From assembly GCA_034226945.1 (NCBI GenBank), contig CP120454.1, forward strand, positions 1,116,001 through 1,180,000: 64,000 nt of DNA, written 5' to 3'. Shown piece by piece: positions 25,734 through 36,244 of the stretch (positions within the stretch are counted from its first letter, which is position 1; each line of letters opens with the position of its first letter). This DNA is from Picochlorum sp. SENEW3. Its lineage: Eukaryota. The notes beneath the pieces were generated by a model. That model ran no database searches. It was not told the origin of the DNA and saw only the letters and a program-made list of their open reading frames with translations. A program made the position numbers and the translations under genes.

Positions 25734-27221
25734 ATGAGGAGCAGTCCTGAAGAGGTTCTCGAAATCTCCAGAGCAGCACGCGGGAGAAGAGAAAAATCGT
25801 GTCAGTTCAGAGTATTTGATGGTTTTCTATGCCCTAATACACTTGAAAGTTCACATATTGTGGATATAAAGCATTCTAAAGGTCTATTGTCGAAGAATTC
25901 TAGTGTCGAGACACCTGTCCGACAGGTTGGCCCTCACGCGTCTCACAGGAACAAGACACAGCGTCGACAGCGTTGCATGTGTACGACACAAAGCGATACA
26001 TCGACTCATTCGGCATTACTGTTGGCATCAATTTCATCCAGTGGGCCTGAGACGAAGTCTCGTGCTTCTGCTGGTGTCGGAAGGGAACAGGCCAGCGTGT
26101 CCAGGCGGCATGCTGGGATGGATTCGACGCGATCGTCGAAAATAAAATATGACGCTGTGGTGGATAATGTGCTCACGTCGCATGCGCTGAATAGGGCTGA
26201 GATTCACAGGGCTGGGGCGGAGTTGCAAAAGGTGGTTGCGTTTGTGGGTGGCATGCTGCTTGCAGGGGTTTCCAAGGCACAGCATCATGTGGAGCGATCG
26301 AAGCGTCATCTGGTCAGTTCATCATTCTCGGATAGTTTCTCATTTCCTTGGAAACCTCATCGTGTTGAGAAGGAGACGAAGAAAGGGAGTGCAGAGTTGG
26401 CATCAAATCTTGCGTCACGAGGGCTGGAATATGAGCAGGCTCTGGATGTGAGAGCTGCTGTGCAGTGTTTCGAAGAGGCTGTCAAGCTGAATCCGAACGA
26501 TTTATTTTGTTTGTGCTTGGCTGCAAAGCAGTGGAGTGATTTGACGTTCTATCATGATGTCATGACGGACAGGGAGCGGCAGGTGGTGAATATGAAAGCC
26601 CTGGAATATGCAGAGAGGGCTATTGTGGAGCATCCCAACAGCCCAGGTGGCTATTTGGCGATGTGCATCTCCAAAGGTAGGTTGGGATTGTTTATGGATA
26701 ATAAAACAAAGGTGAAGCTCGCCAAGGAAGCGCAGGAAGCGGCGACGACAGCGATACGCTTGGGTCCTGATAATGATGTGGCCCACCATCTCATGGGACG
26801 GTGGCATTACGAGATGTCCAAGTTGAATGTGGTGGTGCGAACGATTGTCCGTGTCATGTATGGTACGTCTTTAGCTCCAGGGACGAAGGAAGAAGCGCTT
26901 GAGTCGTACAAAAAGGCTGTAGAATTGGCTCCAAAAAGATTGATTCATCAGGTGGAGACTGGCAGGGTTCTTCTGGAGCTTGGTCAGAAGGACGAGGCGA
27001 AAAGGTATTTACAGGAAGCGTTAGAGCAGGATATTGAAGATATTAATGCGTGGCAGACAAGGTTTGATGCAGAGGAGATGCTGGCGCAGATTGATAAGAA
27101 ACCTTGGACAAAGCCATCGCTGGTGCCACCTGGATCCAAAGGGTACTCGACTCCAGCGGCCCTGTCAACAGCTGCGCTGTTGGGTGTCCCAGAGCATACA
27201 TTGCACGGCAAAGACAAATAA
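25734..27221 (+). CDS. TPR protein, RMD1/FAM82-like (start uncertain)
   Basis: TPR helices; AIRLGPDNDVAHHLMGRWHY and EEALESYKKAVELAP. Confidence 0.7.
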   Translation: MRSSPEEVLEISRAARGRREKSCQFRVFDGFLCPNTLESSHIVDIKHSKGLLSKNSSVETPVRQVGPHASHRNKTQRRQRCMCTTQSDTSTHSALLLASISSSGPETKSRASAGVGREQASVSRRHAGMDSTRSSKIKYDAVVDNVLTSHALNRAEIHRAGAELQKVVAFVGGMLLAGVSKAQHHVERSKRHLVSSSFSDSFSFPWKPHRVEKETKKGSAELASNLASRGLEYEQALDVRAAVQCFEEAVKLNPNDLFCLCLAAKQWSDLTFYHDVMTDRERQVVNMKALEYAERAIVEHPNSPGGYLAMCISKGRLGLFMDNKTKVKLAKEAQEAATTAIRLGPDNDVAHHLMGRWHYEMSKLNVVVRTIVRVMYGTSLAPGTKEEALESYKKAVELAPKRLIHQVETGRVLLELGQKDEAKRYLQEALEQDIEDINAWQTRFDAEEMLAQIDKKPWTKPSLVPPGSKGYSTPAALSTAALLGVPEHTLHGKDK

Positions 27222-27310
27222 TTAGGATAATGACACTCTATATATAGTACTTGATCTTGATATTCTATTGATACATGTATCAACATACATGCTGCAAAAT
27301 ATTATTATTA

Positions 27311-28336
27311 TTATTTGTGCTCGTGGGGATACCTGCGTCCACAGATATCACATGGCGGTCCATCATCATCATCGTCGTCATCTGATGATGATGATCCGAT
27401 ATTTTGAAGTTTTGGCACACATTCATGACATTGTATGGATGTGAGAATACTGTCTTCAATCTCTGCTTCTCCCCATGCATCATCATCAAGGACTGTAATG
27501 GACCCAACAACCACACTGTTGCATACTAGTAGAATCACTGCACGTATGGTATACGTGAGCACCATACATGGGAATTCAGATCATCTAGTACTCATGAAAC
27601 ATACCTGTATCTGTCTGTTGCTTTGCACCAAGGGCGGTTGGAAGCTGGCTTCTGGGCTCTTGGATACAACATGTGATGAACCGATACTCTCTATTCCTGG
27701 ATGCTATTGCTTCAATGTATTCCTTTAAATCATCAGCTCTAGAAAATTGTGGGTGAATGAGGCAGCATATAGTCTCCGTAATGACATCTTCTTCCTGTAT
27801 GATGCGCTGCATATGACACCATGTCAGACTACAGTCCACACACTACTGCAACAAGATGGCAAGAAAAAAAAAACGCACCATGATATCGTCTTCCTTCACC
27901 TCTTTGACAGAGCCATATCCACTATGTTGTATATGCTGCTTTTTAGATATGGATGCATGCATCTCTTCCAGCCTCTTCTGACGAAGTGCCTCTGCAGAGC
28001 AAGCACACACATGGAGTATGCCACATGACAGTCTGTTGTACAACAGTAGCACTGCAACAACGTACCTAAAATTGCATCCTCCTCGTCGTCCTCATCCTCA
28101 ATTGCAGATGCTATTCTTTCCTCGTCTCGGACCACGGCATGCCGTGCAATCGTAGACCTGACTGCTGTTGGGTCTCGTTGCAACAGAGTCCTCTTGTATC
28201 CCTCAATTTTTCGTTGCTCTTCTAGGTCGCGCTCGCAGCAGGACTGTAGCGTCAGGTCCCCAAAAACACATTCCAACTCTTCTTCAGGGTGCGTGGAATG
28301 GGCATGCCCGCACGCCTTGTGCTCTTGTGAGCACAT
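27311..28336 (-). CDS. Phosducin/thioredoxin-like protein, multi-exon
   Basis: SCCERDL, EALRQKRLEEM..GYGSVKEV followed by thioredoxin-like segments, ending CDICGRRYPHEH; several GT-AG introns. Confidence 0.6.
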
Positions 28337-28439
28337 TTGAGTGGAAATTCGCAACTTTTTACTCGACAGAATTTTAGTCTACGGGCATCATATTACATTT
28401 TACTAGCATCTATGTCAGACATGATATTTAAAATTAATT

Positions 28440-30704
28440 TTATGCTCTAGATCTGACCAATTTATGACTGGTTTCAAAGGTTTGGAGAAATCCCCACAAG
28501 ACAACTCCTGAAAGACCCAGACTAAAGATGAAGATGAACTTTGACGCAACCCCGTTGTTACCCTTGGCTGGCTCATCCTTTAGTTTTGAATCTACTACAG
28601 CGTGTTTTGCATTTCCATCAGTACCATCCACCTGTTCAAGCCCTTCAAGAGAGGTGTGGGAAGCCACTATACCTTGCTTTGGTCTGTTTCCATCACCATG
28701 AGCAGCAGCATTGTCTTTCGTTAATGACGGGTCTGTTCCTTGTTTTCTAGAGGTATGGAACACAAATACTGCTGCAGTGCTACTTTTGGATCGAGTTTCT
28801 GAAACCAAGATTGATATATTTCGCTCAATGACATCTGTACTGCTGATTGGGCTAGGAAGGAATATAAAATCATGTGGTGACTCGACGCCATCGAGTTTCC
28901 ATGATCGATACGCTAATGAATTTTTCAAGGGCTTTTTATCTAATTCAACAAGATGCGTGCTCGTCCTCATATCCCAGGTCAATGCATATGGAATACCATC
29001 CATGCCCATTCCTACTGCATATGGATATCCAAACCCAGACACATCCCAGTGTGGCGCTTTAAACATCCCACTTTGCATATCAAGCGCAATTATTTTCTTT
29101 GCTTGACGAAGAGCGATATACGCAACCGATCTGCACTCGTCATACGCGATACTGTGAGGGAGAGAATTCTTCACAGGAATCTGATAGTCACGGACAAATG
29201 TTCCCCTTGCTGCCTCCATCTCCACAATCCTATTATTACAGTACCCGTCGGCAATCAATAGGCGTCCGTCACGTGTCTCAAGAGCTTCTGTTGGCTTGCA
29301 AAAGCGAGACTGAGACACACCTGGCACATTAAATGTCCCCAACGTCATCACAACCTTGTTTGCCACAACCTTGATCACCTGGTGCGATCCAGCATCAGTC
29401 ACCCAAACACCCCCATCAGGGGCTTCCGTTATCATATGTGGCATTAAAAATATATTCGACCCAAAGGACTCTTCCACCCGACCAGAATCAATATGCACTC
29501 GAGAGATTGTGTTGTCATCAATTTGCGTCACATTGTCATCAACAAACACATTCGTTTTCACATCAAATGATGATTCATGCCATATCCGTTTACCACGATG
29601 AAATACCCATAGATACTCTGGATCCTTCATGCTATAAAATACGCCACTCAACTGCCCGAGACCATTGGTTCTGAACAACCGTCTTGCCATGATCAGCTCT
29701 GATCCAGAAGGGACGCCATGCCCTTGTTTCACCATTTTGTTCCCATTAACACACATGGAAAACATAGGTACGAGGCTATGCGACATCAGATACAGATTAC
29801 ACATTTCATCCTTTGATGACATTCCAGCAGACACTGGCTCCGTCTGAGATTTACTGTTAAAGTCACAGGTCACATGCAAGACATCACCAGGCAGCAGCGT
29901 CACATCCTTTTTTGTGGGGTAAAACCCTTGTGGCTTCAACGGATCCAAATCAACGACATTCCTAGCCTTTTTCCCCTGAGGTGAATTTACATACAGCGTG
30001 ACTCTCCTCCCCAACTCGTGCGTATGAACCCGTGACGCAAACGTGTGTGCAGGAAATATGCCTTCATAACAGCATGAATTCTTCACAGGATACCTTGCTT
30101 CACCAGGAGGAATGGTAAACATCGAGGCAAACGCCTGCATCCCCGCCACCCGCTGGATAGGAACCCGAGAAAGGTGTATTCGAATACCAGAAGCATCCTT
30201 CTCAGTGCGAAGCTCCAAATAATGCACCTGCAACACCAATGCTCTCATTGAGCTCTTCTTCCCAATCGTAAACCCAACCCCATCTGGCAACGTCACCATG
30301 GGCGCATTCCTCCCCCAACCATATAACACACTGTCCATCCCTGTACATGCCGGTGACATATGACACGACCACACATCCGCCTCCCTCTCTGACGCATACT
30401 CCTCACACCCAAACAACAACATGTGATGCACCTGCTTCTTATCAGCCAATGGCTCCACTTGCACAACATTAAACGTCTCATCCGATGGAATCTCCACCCT
30501 CGTACACAAATATGAATCCCTTTGCGTAGTCGGATGCCTCGGCATCACCGCCTCTATCGTCACGCGACCATCATCATCATCATCATGATGCAGTCCCTCA
30601 CAAGCAATGCCATTGACCAACAGCAACACAATCAGAGCATAGAAAGCTCGCATGTACCAACTAGGCGCATGACAGGTGGTTCTTTGAATCACATGGTCAG
30701 TCAT
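28440..30704 (-). CDS. PAM: Peptidylglycine alpha-amidating monooxygenase (PHM + PAL + TM)
   Basis: Signal peptide; CuH ligands VHHMLL and LQVHY; CuM ligands VHTH and EMCNLY. NHL-repeat PAL domain with FCKPT and ADGYCNNRI; C-terminal TM helix. Confidence 0.9.
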   Translation of the reverse strand: MTDHVIQRTTCHAPSWYMRAFYALIVLLLVNGIACEGLHHDDDDDGRVTIEAVMPRHPTTQRDSYLCTRVEIPSDETFNVVQVEPLADKKQVHHMLLFGCEEYASEREADVWSCHMSPACTGMDSVLYGWGRNAPMVTLPDGVGFTIGKKSSMRALVLQVHYLELRTEKDASGIRIHLSRVPIQRVAGMQAFASMFTIPPGEARYPVKNSCCYEGIFPAHTFASRVHTHELGRRVTLYVNSPQGKKARNVVDLDPLKPQGFYPTKKDVTLLPGDVLHVTCDFNSKSQTEPVSAGMSSKDEMCNLYLMSHSLVPMFSMCVNGNKMVKQGHGVPSGSELIMARRLFRTNGLGQLSGVFYSMKDPEYLWVFHRGKRIWHESSFDVKTNVFVDDNVTQIDDNTISRVHIDSGRVEESFGSNIFLMPHMITEAPDGGVWVTDAGSHQVIKVVANKVVMTLGTFNVPGVSQSRFCKPTEALETRDGRLLIADGYCNNRIVEMEAARGTFVRDYQIPVKNSLPHSIAYDECRSVAYIALRQAKKIIALDMQSGMFKAPHWDVSGFGYPYAVGMGMDGIPYALTWDMRTSTHLVELDKKPLKNSLAYRSWKLDGVESPHDFIFLPSPISSTDVIERNISILVSETRSKSSTAAVFVFHTSRKQGTDPSLTKDNAAAHGDGNRPKQGIVASHTSLEGLEQVDGTDGNAKHAVVDSKLKDEPAKGNNGVASKFIFIFSLGLSGVVLWGFLQTFETSHKLVRSRA

Positions 30705-31248
30705 AATGCTATATATACGAATCAGAGGTCTATGTCAGGCCTACACCTCATTATTGTTCGAGTCTGAATTCTCATTCTCGTTCCACCGTTTACCAAGTGC
30801 ACCATGAGTTCGTATGCACTGACCCTACATACTATATAAATATTCTCTACAAAACCGAATAACAGAAAGGAGTACGACCACAAGGCAAGAAGGAAGGTAT
30901 CGACATCCTCCTCCTCACTAATAAAGATATAAAAAAGTTATACTTCCCGCCCTCCGCCCCGCCCTCTCCCGGCAGAAGAAATTAAAACTAATTTTAATTA
31001 TTCTCCCCATGTATGCATAATACGCAGTTCTATTTGTAATAAAACCACCTAGACGTGCGTTGTACGCGGGACTTGAGCGACTGCCAGTCGTGTGGCGTTG
31101 CTGTCCACATTTCCGTGGCCATTGGCTGCTCCTCTTTTGCTTGAAAGAGACGCTCTTGGTTTTGGAGTTTTGGGTAGCACAGTAGATTATACTATTTTTT
31201 TACTATAGTATTCGACTGTATTTGACGTGCTAGAAGAAGCAGTGGACC

Positions 31249-31752
31249 ATGACAAGGGTTATTTCGACTGCTGATGGGATTCGCGTTGGGGTTGTTGGTG
31301 ATGTGTCAAGGTGTGAAAACATTGCCATAAATACTTGCAAAGGATCTCATTTGTTGGATAACGGGAGTGCTGGGAGGAATGGGAAACGGGCGTTGGAATG
31401 TGTTCACGAGGATCACAGCGACAAGCACGAGCTGAAAAGGATTCGTGTAAAGCGTAATGTCAAATGGGCATCCACTTTGGAGGAGTTTTGGGATGGTTTG
31501 GAAAAGAAGAGACCGGTGTGTGGGGCGAAAAAGGCTGTCAGACCTATTCTGAAGAAGAGTGTGGTCAGGCGCCCGTCACCTGTGCTGCGTGAGCAGGGCA
31601 GCATGTCACCAGTCTCTGATGCATCTGATACGAGCTGTCAGTTGATTGAAGATGACGCAGTGAAGAGGCCGCGACGCCTCAAATTTACGTTGCGGTGTGG
31701 CCGAAAGGACTCATCTGCAACATCGACATATGTGACCCTGTCATCCATGTAG
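31249..31752 (+). CDS. Hypothetical basic protein with RVxF/W-like motif
   Basis: 167-aa ORF containing KRNVKW and RPILKK. Confidence 0.45.
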   Translation: MTRVISTADGIRVGVVGDVSRCENIAINTCKGSHLLDNGSAGRNGKRALECVHEDHSDKHELKRIRVKRNVKWASTLEEFWDGLEKKRPVCGAKKAVRPILKKSVVRRPSPVLREQGSMSPVSDASDTSCQLIEDDAVKRPRRLKFTLRCGRKDSSATSTYVTLSSM

Positions 31753-32102
31753 CAGGAGTCGATTGCCAGTGCTTGGTGTGGCAACACAAGAGCCCTATAG
31801 TAGGATGACGACTTTTTTTTTGTTTTTTTTCGCTTTTTAACAAACAATAAGAAAAAAACGTAAAATAACCTAGTTGCATCGTTGCTGCTCTATAAGAAAA
31901 AAATAACAGTCATGTACCATGAGTTATTATTGTACTACTGAGGGCAATCGATATCATATAGTCATATTGTATGTATGGTCGTATCGCATATGCCATGAAT
32001 AATAAGACGAATGGATCTTCCATGGTGTCAATGTCACAGTCATTTCGCACTCGACATGTAGGAATGTACGTTGTTAGAATGTAGGGACGCATGTGAATAT
32101 CA

Positions 32103-33452
32103 CTAATTCCACAGCGTGCCTTGAGTTTTTTGGCCTGTTGGCGATGATCGGGAAGGGCCCTGTTGTTGCTGCGGCTGCGGCTGGCCCCGTGGCTGTCCTG
32201 GTGTTTGAGAGAGCTGTTCCAACGCTTCGCTCACAGATGCCAATGAAATAGTTTGCTGCACTTCTGGCATGCTTGGTACATTCAGCTGCTGCCCATCTGC
32301 AACAGGAAAGGATGGAGTTGGCTCTGTGGCAACCGCCATGTGCGGTTGGCCAGCCAATGTGCTGTATGGATCCCTTCCCATCCCTGGAGGTGTTGCTGTT
32401 TGAGGCAGACCATGGCTCATCATGGGTGACTGTGGAATTCCATGTGCTGCCATGGAGGCCGTGTGTCGATCATGCATGTATCCACTTGGGTCTCCTGGGG
32501 ACATCACATTTGCTGGTATTCCTGTCACGACGCCCATGTGCTCTCCTGGCATTGGGCTGTGTGGCCCCTCCATACCCCTCATGGGATGAACATTCATCAT
32601 GGGAGCACCCATGGCATACTCATGCCGCATATGACCAGGTGTGCCTGCTGCACCAGGAGTTCTAAAGCCATGGTGTCGCTCATATGGCGATCTATATAGT
32701 GTTTTAGGAGAAGGAATCGGTCCTGAATCCCTTGGAATGGCCCTCTTTATTTCAATCTGTTTGTCATGAAGCACATGAATTGTCCCTTTTGCAAAGACAG
32801 CATCCACAGCTTCTTCCTCCGCAAACGTGATGAAACCAAAACCACGAGGTCTACGATTCTGCTGATCATACATGACAACAGCATCCTCGACTTTACCAAA
32901 ACCTCCAAAGTACTCGGTAAAGACCTCTTCATCAACCGTCCCTGCCAAGCCTCCTACAAAAATCTTCTTTGTTCTCTGCCCGCTAGCGGCAGCCTGCATA
33001 TCTTTACTCACGGGAGACTCTTCCTTTGGCAACGCCTTTTTAGCCTCAACCTCCCGTCGATCAATCGTATGTTGTTGTGTGACTACTTTATCCACAACCT
33101 GCGGGTCTGAAAACACCACAAACCCAAACCCTCTAGGCCTACCTGTGTGCCGATCATATGACACGTAGGACTCTTGAACAGCGCCATAATTTTCAAAATA
33201 CTGTCGTAATTTCGCATCCGTCGTCTCCCAACTCAAGCCCCCCACAAACACCTTGCCCTCCTGGGCCTTTTGTGCAGCAGATAGAGTAGACGATCCAGAT
33301 GCTGGAGTCACATCTACCCTCAAAGACTCGCCTGCTTTACTTCCACTAGGCAATGGTGTGGAAGTCCCGTGCTCGCTACTTGCTCCAGGCGTCTTTTGAA
33401 TCATGGGACTACTACTGCTCTGTCCATCCTGACTGCCCACCTGATCACCCAT
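32103..33452 (-). CDS. hnRNP A1/Musashi-like RNA-binding protein (2 RRM)
   Basis: KVFVGGL and RGFGFVVF; KIFVGGL and RGFGFITF; P/G/Q/M-rich tail. Confidence 0.92.
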   Translation of the reverse strand: MGDQVGSQDGQSSSSPMIQKTPGASSEHGTSTPLPSGSKAGESLRVDVTPASGSSTLSAAQKAQEGKVFVGGLSWETTDAKLRQYFENYGAVQESYVSYDRHTGRPRGFGFVVFSDPQVVDKVVTQQHTIDRREVEAKKALPKEESPVSKDMQAAASGQRTKKIFVGGLAGTVDEEVFTEYFGGFGKVEDAVVMYDQQNRRPRGFGFITFAEEEAVDAVFAKGTIHVLHDKQIEIKRAIPRDSGPIPSPKTLYRSPYERHHGFRTPGAAGTPGHMRHEYAMGAPMMNVHPMRGMEGPHSPMPGEHMGVVTGIPANVMSPGDPSGYMHDRHTASMAAHGIPQSPMMSHGLPQTATPPGMGRDPYSTLAGQPHMAVATEPTPSFPVADGQQLNVPSMPEVQQTISLASVSEALEQLSQTPGQPRGQPQPQQQQGPSRSSPTGQKTQGTLWN

Positions 33453-34067
33453 ACTGAACCTGTTATACTACTGGTAATGAAATCCTCTGGCTATGATGAT
33501 ACTATGCTCTACAACATGCAATGTCGTTAAGTATGTATGTCTGGCTTCTATTCCGCACTCCCGACAAACAGCATCCTGCATAACACACAAGGGGTGAGTC
33601 ACCAGACGGGAGACGACGTCGCCCAGCGGTGAGTGAAACAACAACGAGGCCATCCATTCCTTAAAAAGGCATGTCCGACCTTGTGTGTCCCAAACCGCCC
33701 ATGCAAAAAATTTATTAAATACATATATTGACAACTCTACCTCCACGAGACTGTATGCTGACGTTTCACAGGTAGATGAGCGTGTTAGATTTCGAAATCT
33801 GGACATGGAGAGCTCTATTACGTACCTGACTTGGTTTTCTGTCCTAGGCGGAATGTAAAATAATACCTAGGTGTTTTACAACAAAGAAAATATTTTCTAC
33901 TGCATGGTGCAGTGACTCGGTGTCCTAAACAGGCTGTAGTGCCGAGGGAATGGCAACACGGAGCATGACATGGTGGCCGGAAAGACATACTCTTCCCATC
34001 AGACAGTACGTTTGATAGGACATTGTGCTTTGGTGGGACATTCCCTTTCCAAGGATGCCTCGTGTCA

Positions 34068-36098
34068 TCACGTTTTTACATTCTTACGAGAAGCAAATGC
34101 TTTTTTACTCACAGTTTTTGCCTTGCTATTGCGGTACTTGTGGGGGTCTTTGACGCTCAGAAAGCGCTTGTTTCTTTGCCCTGTGCCACCCTCCCAGAAC
34201 CGAGTGTTTTTTCCTTCTGGCCTGGACGATGACGTTGTCAATCGCTTTTGACATGACATGCATCGGTTCCCCAAGCTCTGTTCGAGGCTGCAGAAGCCGC
34301 AGACCATCCTGGTGGCCCATTTCATCTCATGTCCATCTGTAGCCTCTTCATGACATAAATCGCAAGGAAATCGCTTGCCACAACATGGAAATCGCAGCCA
34401 TCGATGCGAATGGCGATAATGAGAGCATGTTCCAGTGTCTGGAAGTGGTTGGCCGTGCGTTAGGTGTGCATCAGGCTTGCATAGCCCCGGTTCATGGGAT
34501 GCCTTGCCCATGCGTCCACCCTGTTGCTTTTGGGGGGCTGGGACAACTTTCTGAAATGAGATGCGCTCGAAATGAAATGCATTTCGGGTGTGACAAAACC
34601 GACACGTTTTATCATTCCACCGTCCCTGGTAGAAGGACGATACAAGGCCAACACGACTGCAATGTTGGCATTGGCTTTCCAGTGCGCATGTGGGCAAGAT
34701 GTCCAGAGGCGTGCACCCTTGGCAACAAAACAGAGCAATCGTGTTGCAAGACTCGTGTATAATTCGAGCATGCGCGGATATTGAGATTCGCGCGTGACAG
34801 TGACCGCATTCCTGGTCCACGTCATTCCACTTTGCTGCAAAGGAGGCCAACTCCATGATGAATCTACTTTGACAACGGCTACAGAGTACTTCAATCGCCA
34901 TGCTATTTGGACTCATGGCGTCAATACCATCCATTTGAAGATTCTCAAGGGTACACATGTACTTGGGTGCGCTGTGCGAAATAGTGGAGCTCTCCTTTTC
35001 CTCCTTCTGCTGTTTGCACTCCCTCCACAGGTGCAATGCCTGCTCAAGGCTCTGATCCGCATAATTAGAACAATACTGAAATATATCCTTTAAGCGAATG
35101 TTGTTTCCCTCTATACTCTCGTATGCTTGTACCACGCATACTTTCTCAAAGACAGTCAGCAAATCTGTGTACGATGGCTCCATCATTGCCTCATCGGCAA
35201 ACCGCAGTCTGCACAGTATTGAACTCTTGGATGGGTAGTTCTTCCCGATAAAGAATGTCAGATTCAGCGATGTGTCTTCTACAGAACATGGTATTATATC
35301 TTTCCAGTCCTTGGATGTTGGACAGAATGCAAGCGACACTTTCTGTATTGACTGGAGAGACGATGAGGAGAGATCTCTGCCAATTCCATGCTGAGAAAAA
35401 AACTTGGCGATTGTCATCTCCTCTTCTCTCTTGTGTATGCTATCATATGTATCTTTTCCTTGAAAAGACGCGAAAGAGCCTTTGATGGCCTTTTTCGAGA
35501 GATATGCCACATCCTTTTCAAGACGCTGAAGCAAGTCCTGGCCTTGACCTTCCTCCCTTGGAGACTGCCGGCAAACGGTGGGCAACTGCTCTACTTGGGC
35601 GTGAATACCCTTATCTACAAATGCAATTCTTCTAACAGAACTACCATCCTGATTTACTGATTCATACGGCTCCAAAACCTCATGAACAAGGTTGATGAGG
35701 GTTCCAAAACAAGAGTCCCTGACATGATGACACAGCTGTACGATGTCCGGGGATGCGCTCCCACCACACTCAGTCTCTAGATACTTGAAGAGGTACTCTG
35801 ATATCTTCTGTTTCAGTATAGAAGGCAAATGGTGATTCAAGACGGAGATGTCGTACGCAAAAGACGCTAGCTCTGCCTCGGAAATTTCAACCTGAAATGT
35901 GAGGGCGTCTAGGTCATATTGGCTATACTTCTCGGGTGTTTCAATGCTAATAGTCACATATATTGGAAATGGAGCTGTCAGACCCGCTTTTGTTCGACGC
36001 AATCTGACGCCAGTGCCAAATTCTGATTTTAACGAAAGCACATTTTCTTGCAATTTGAACTTGTGCGAAGACGTATCATGAATTTCTCCCGTTTTCAT
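34068..36098 (-). CDS. CHY zinc-finger protein
   Basis: GTCSHYRHSHRWLRFPCCGKRFPCDLCH, MVCGFCSLEQ and FWEGG.GQR, with upstream CxxC pairs. Confidence 0.85.
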   Translation of the reverse strand: MKTGEIHDTSSHKFKLQENVLSLKSEFGTGVRLRRTKAGLTAPFPIYVTISIETPEKYSQYDLDALTFQVEISEAELASFAYDISVLNHHLPSILKQKISEYLFKYLETECGGSASPDIVQLCHHVRDSCFGTLINLVHEVLEPYESVNQDGSSVRRIAFVDKGIHAQVEQLPTVCRQSPREEGQGQDLLQRLEKDVAYLSKKAIKGSFASFQGKDTYDSIHKREEEMTIAKFFSQHGIGRDLSSSSLQSIQKVSLAFCPTSKDWKDIIPCSVEDTSLNLTFFIGKNYPSKSSILCRLRFADEAMMEPSYTDLLTVFEKVCVVQAYESIEGNNIRLKDIFQYCSNYADQSLEQALHLWRECKQQKEEKESSTISHSAPKYMCTLENLQMDGIDAMSPNSMAIEVLCSRCQSRFIMELASFAAKWNDVDQECGHCHARISISAHARIIHESCNTIALFCCQGCTPLDILPTCALESQCQHCSRVGLVSSFYQGRWNDKTCRFCHTRNAFHFERISFQKVVPAPQKQQGGRMGKASHEPGLCKPDAHLTHGQPLPDTGTCSHYRHSHRWLRFPCCGKRFPCDLCHEEATDGHEMKWATRMVCGFCSLEQSLGNRCMSCQKRLTTSSSRPEGKNTRFWEGGTGQRNKRFLSVKDPHKYRNSKAKTVSKKAFASRKNVKT

Positions 36099-36244
36099 AG
36101 AGTTTTATGGTAGTAGTAAAATTGCAACATTATTGTAAGAATGAAATGAACAAAGATGAGCGCTGCTGTGAGCAATGAAAATCTAGTTTCGACAAGACAC
36201 CCATGCCATGCCATGGGATGATCTGGGTGTCAGGATGGGACGAA

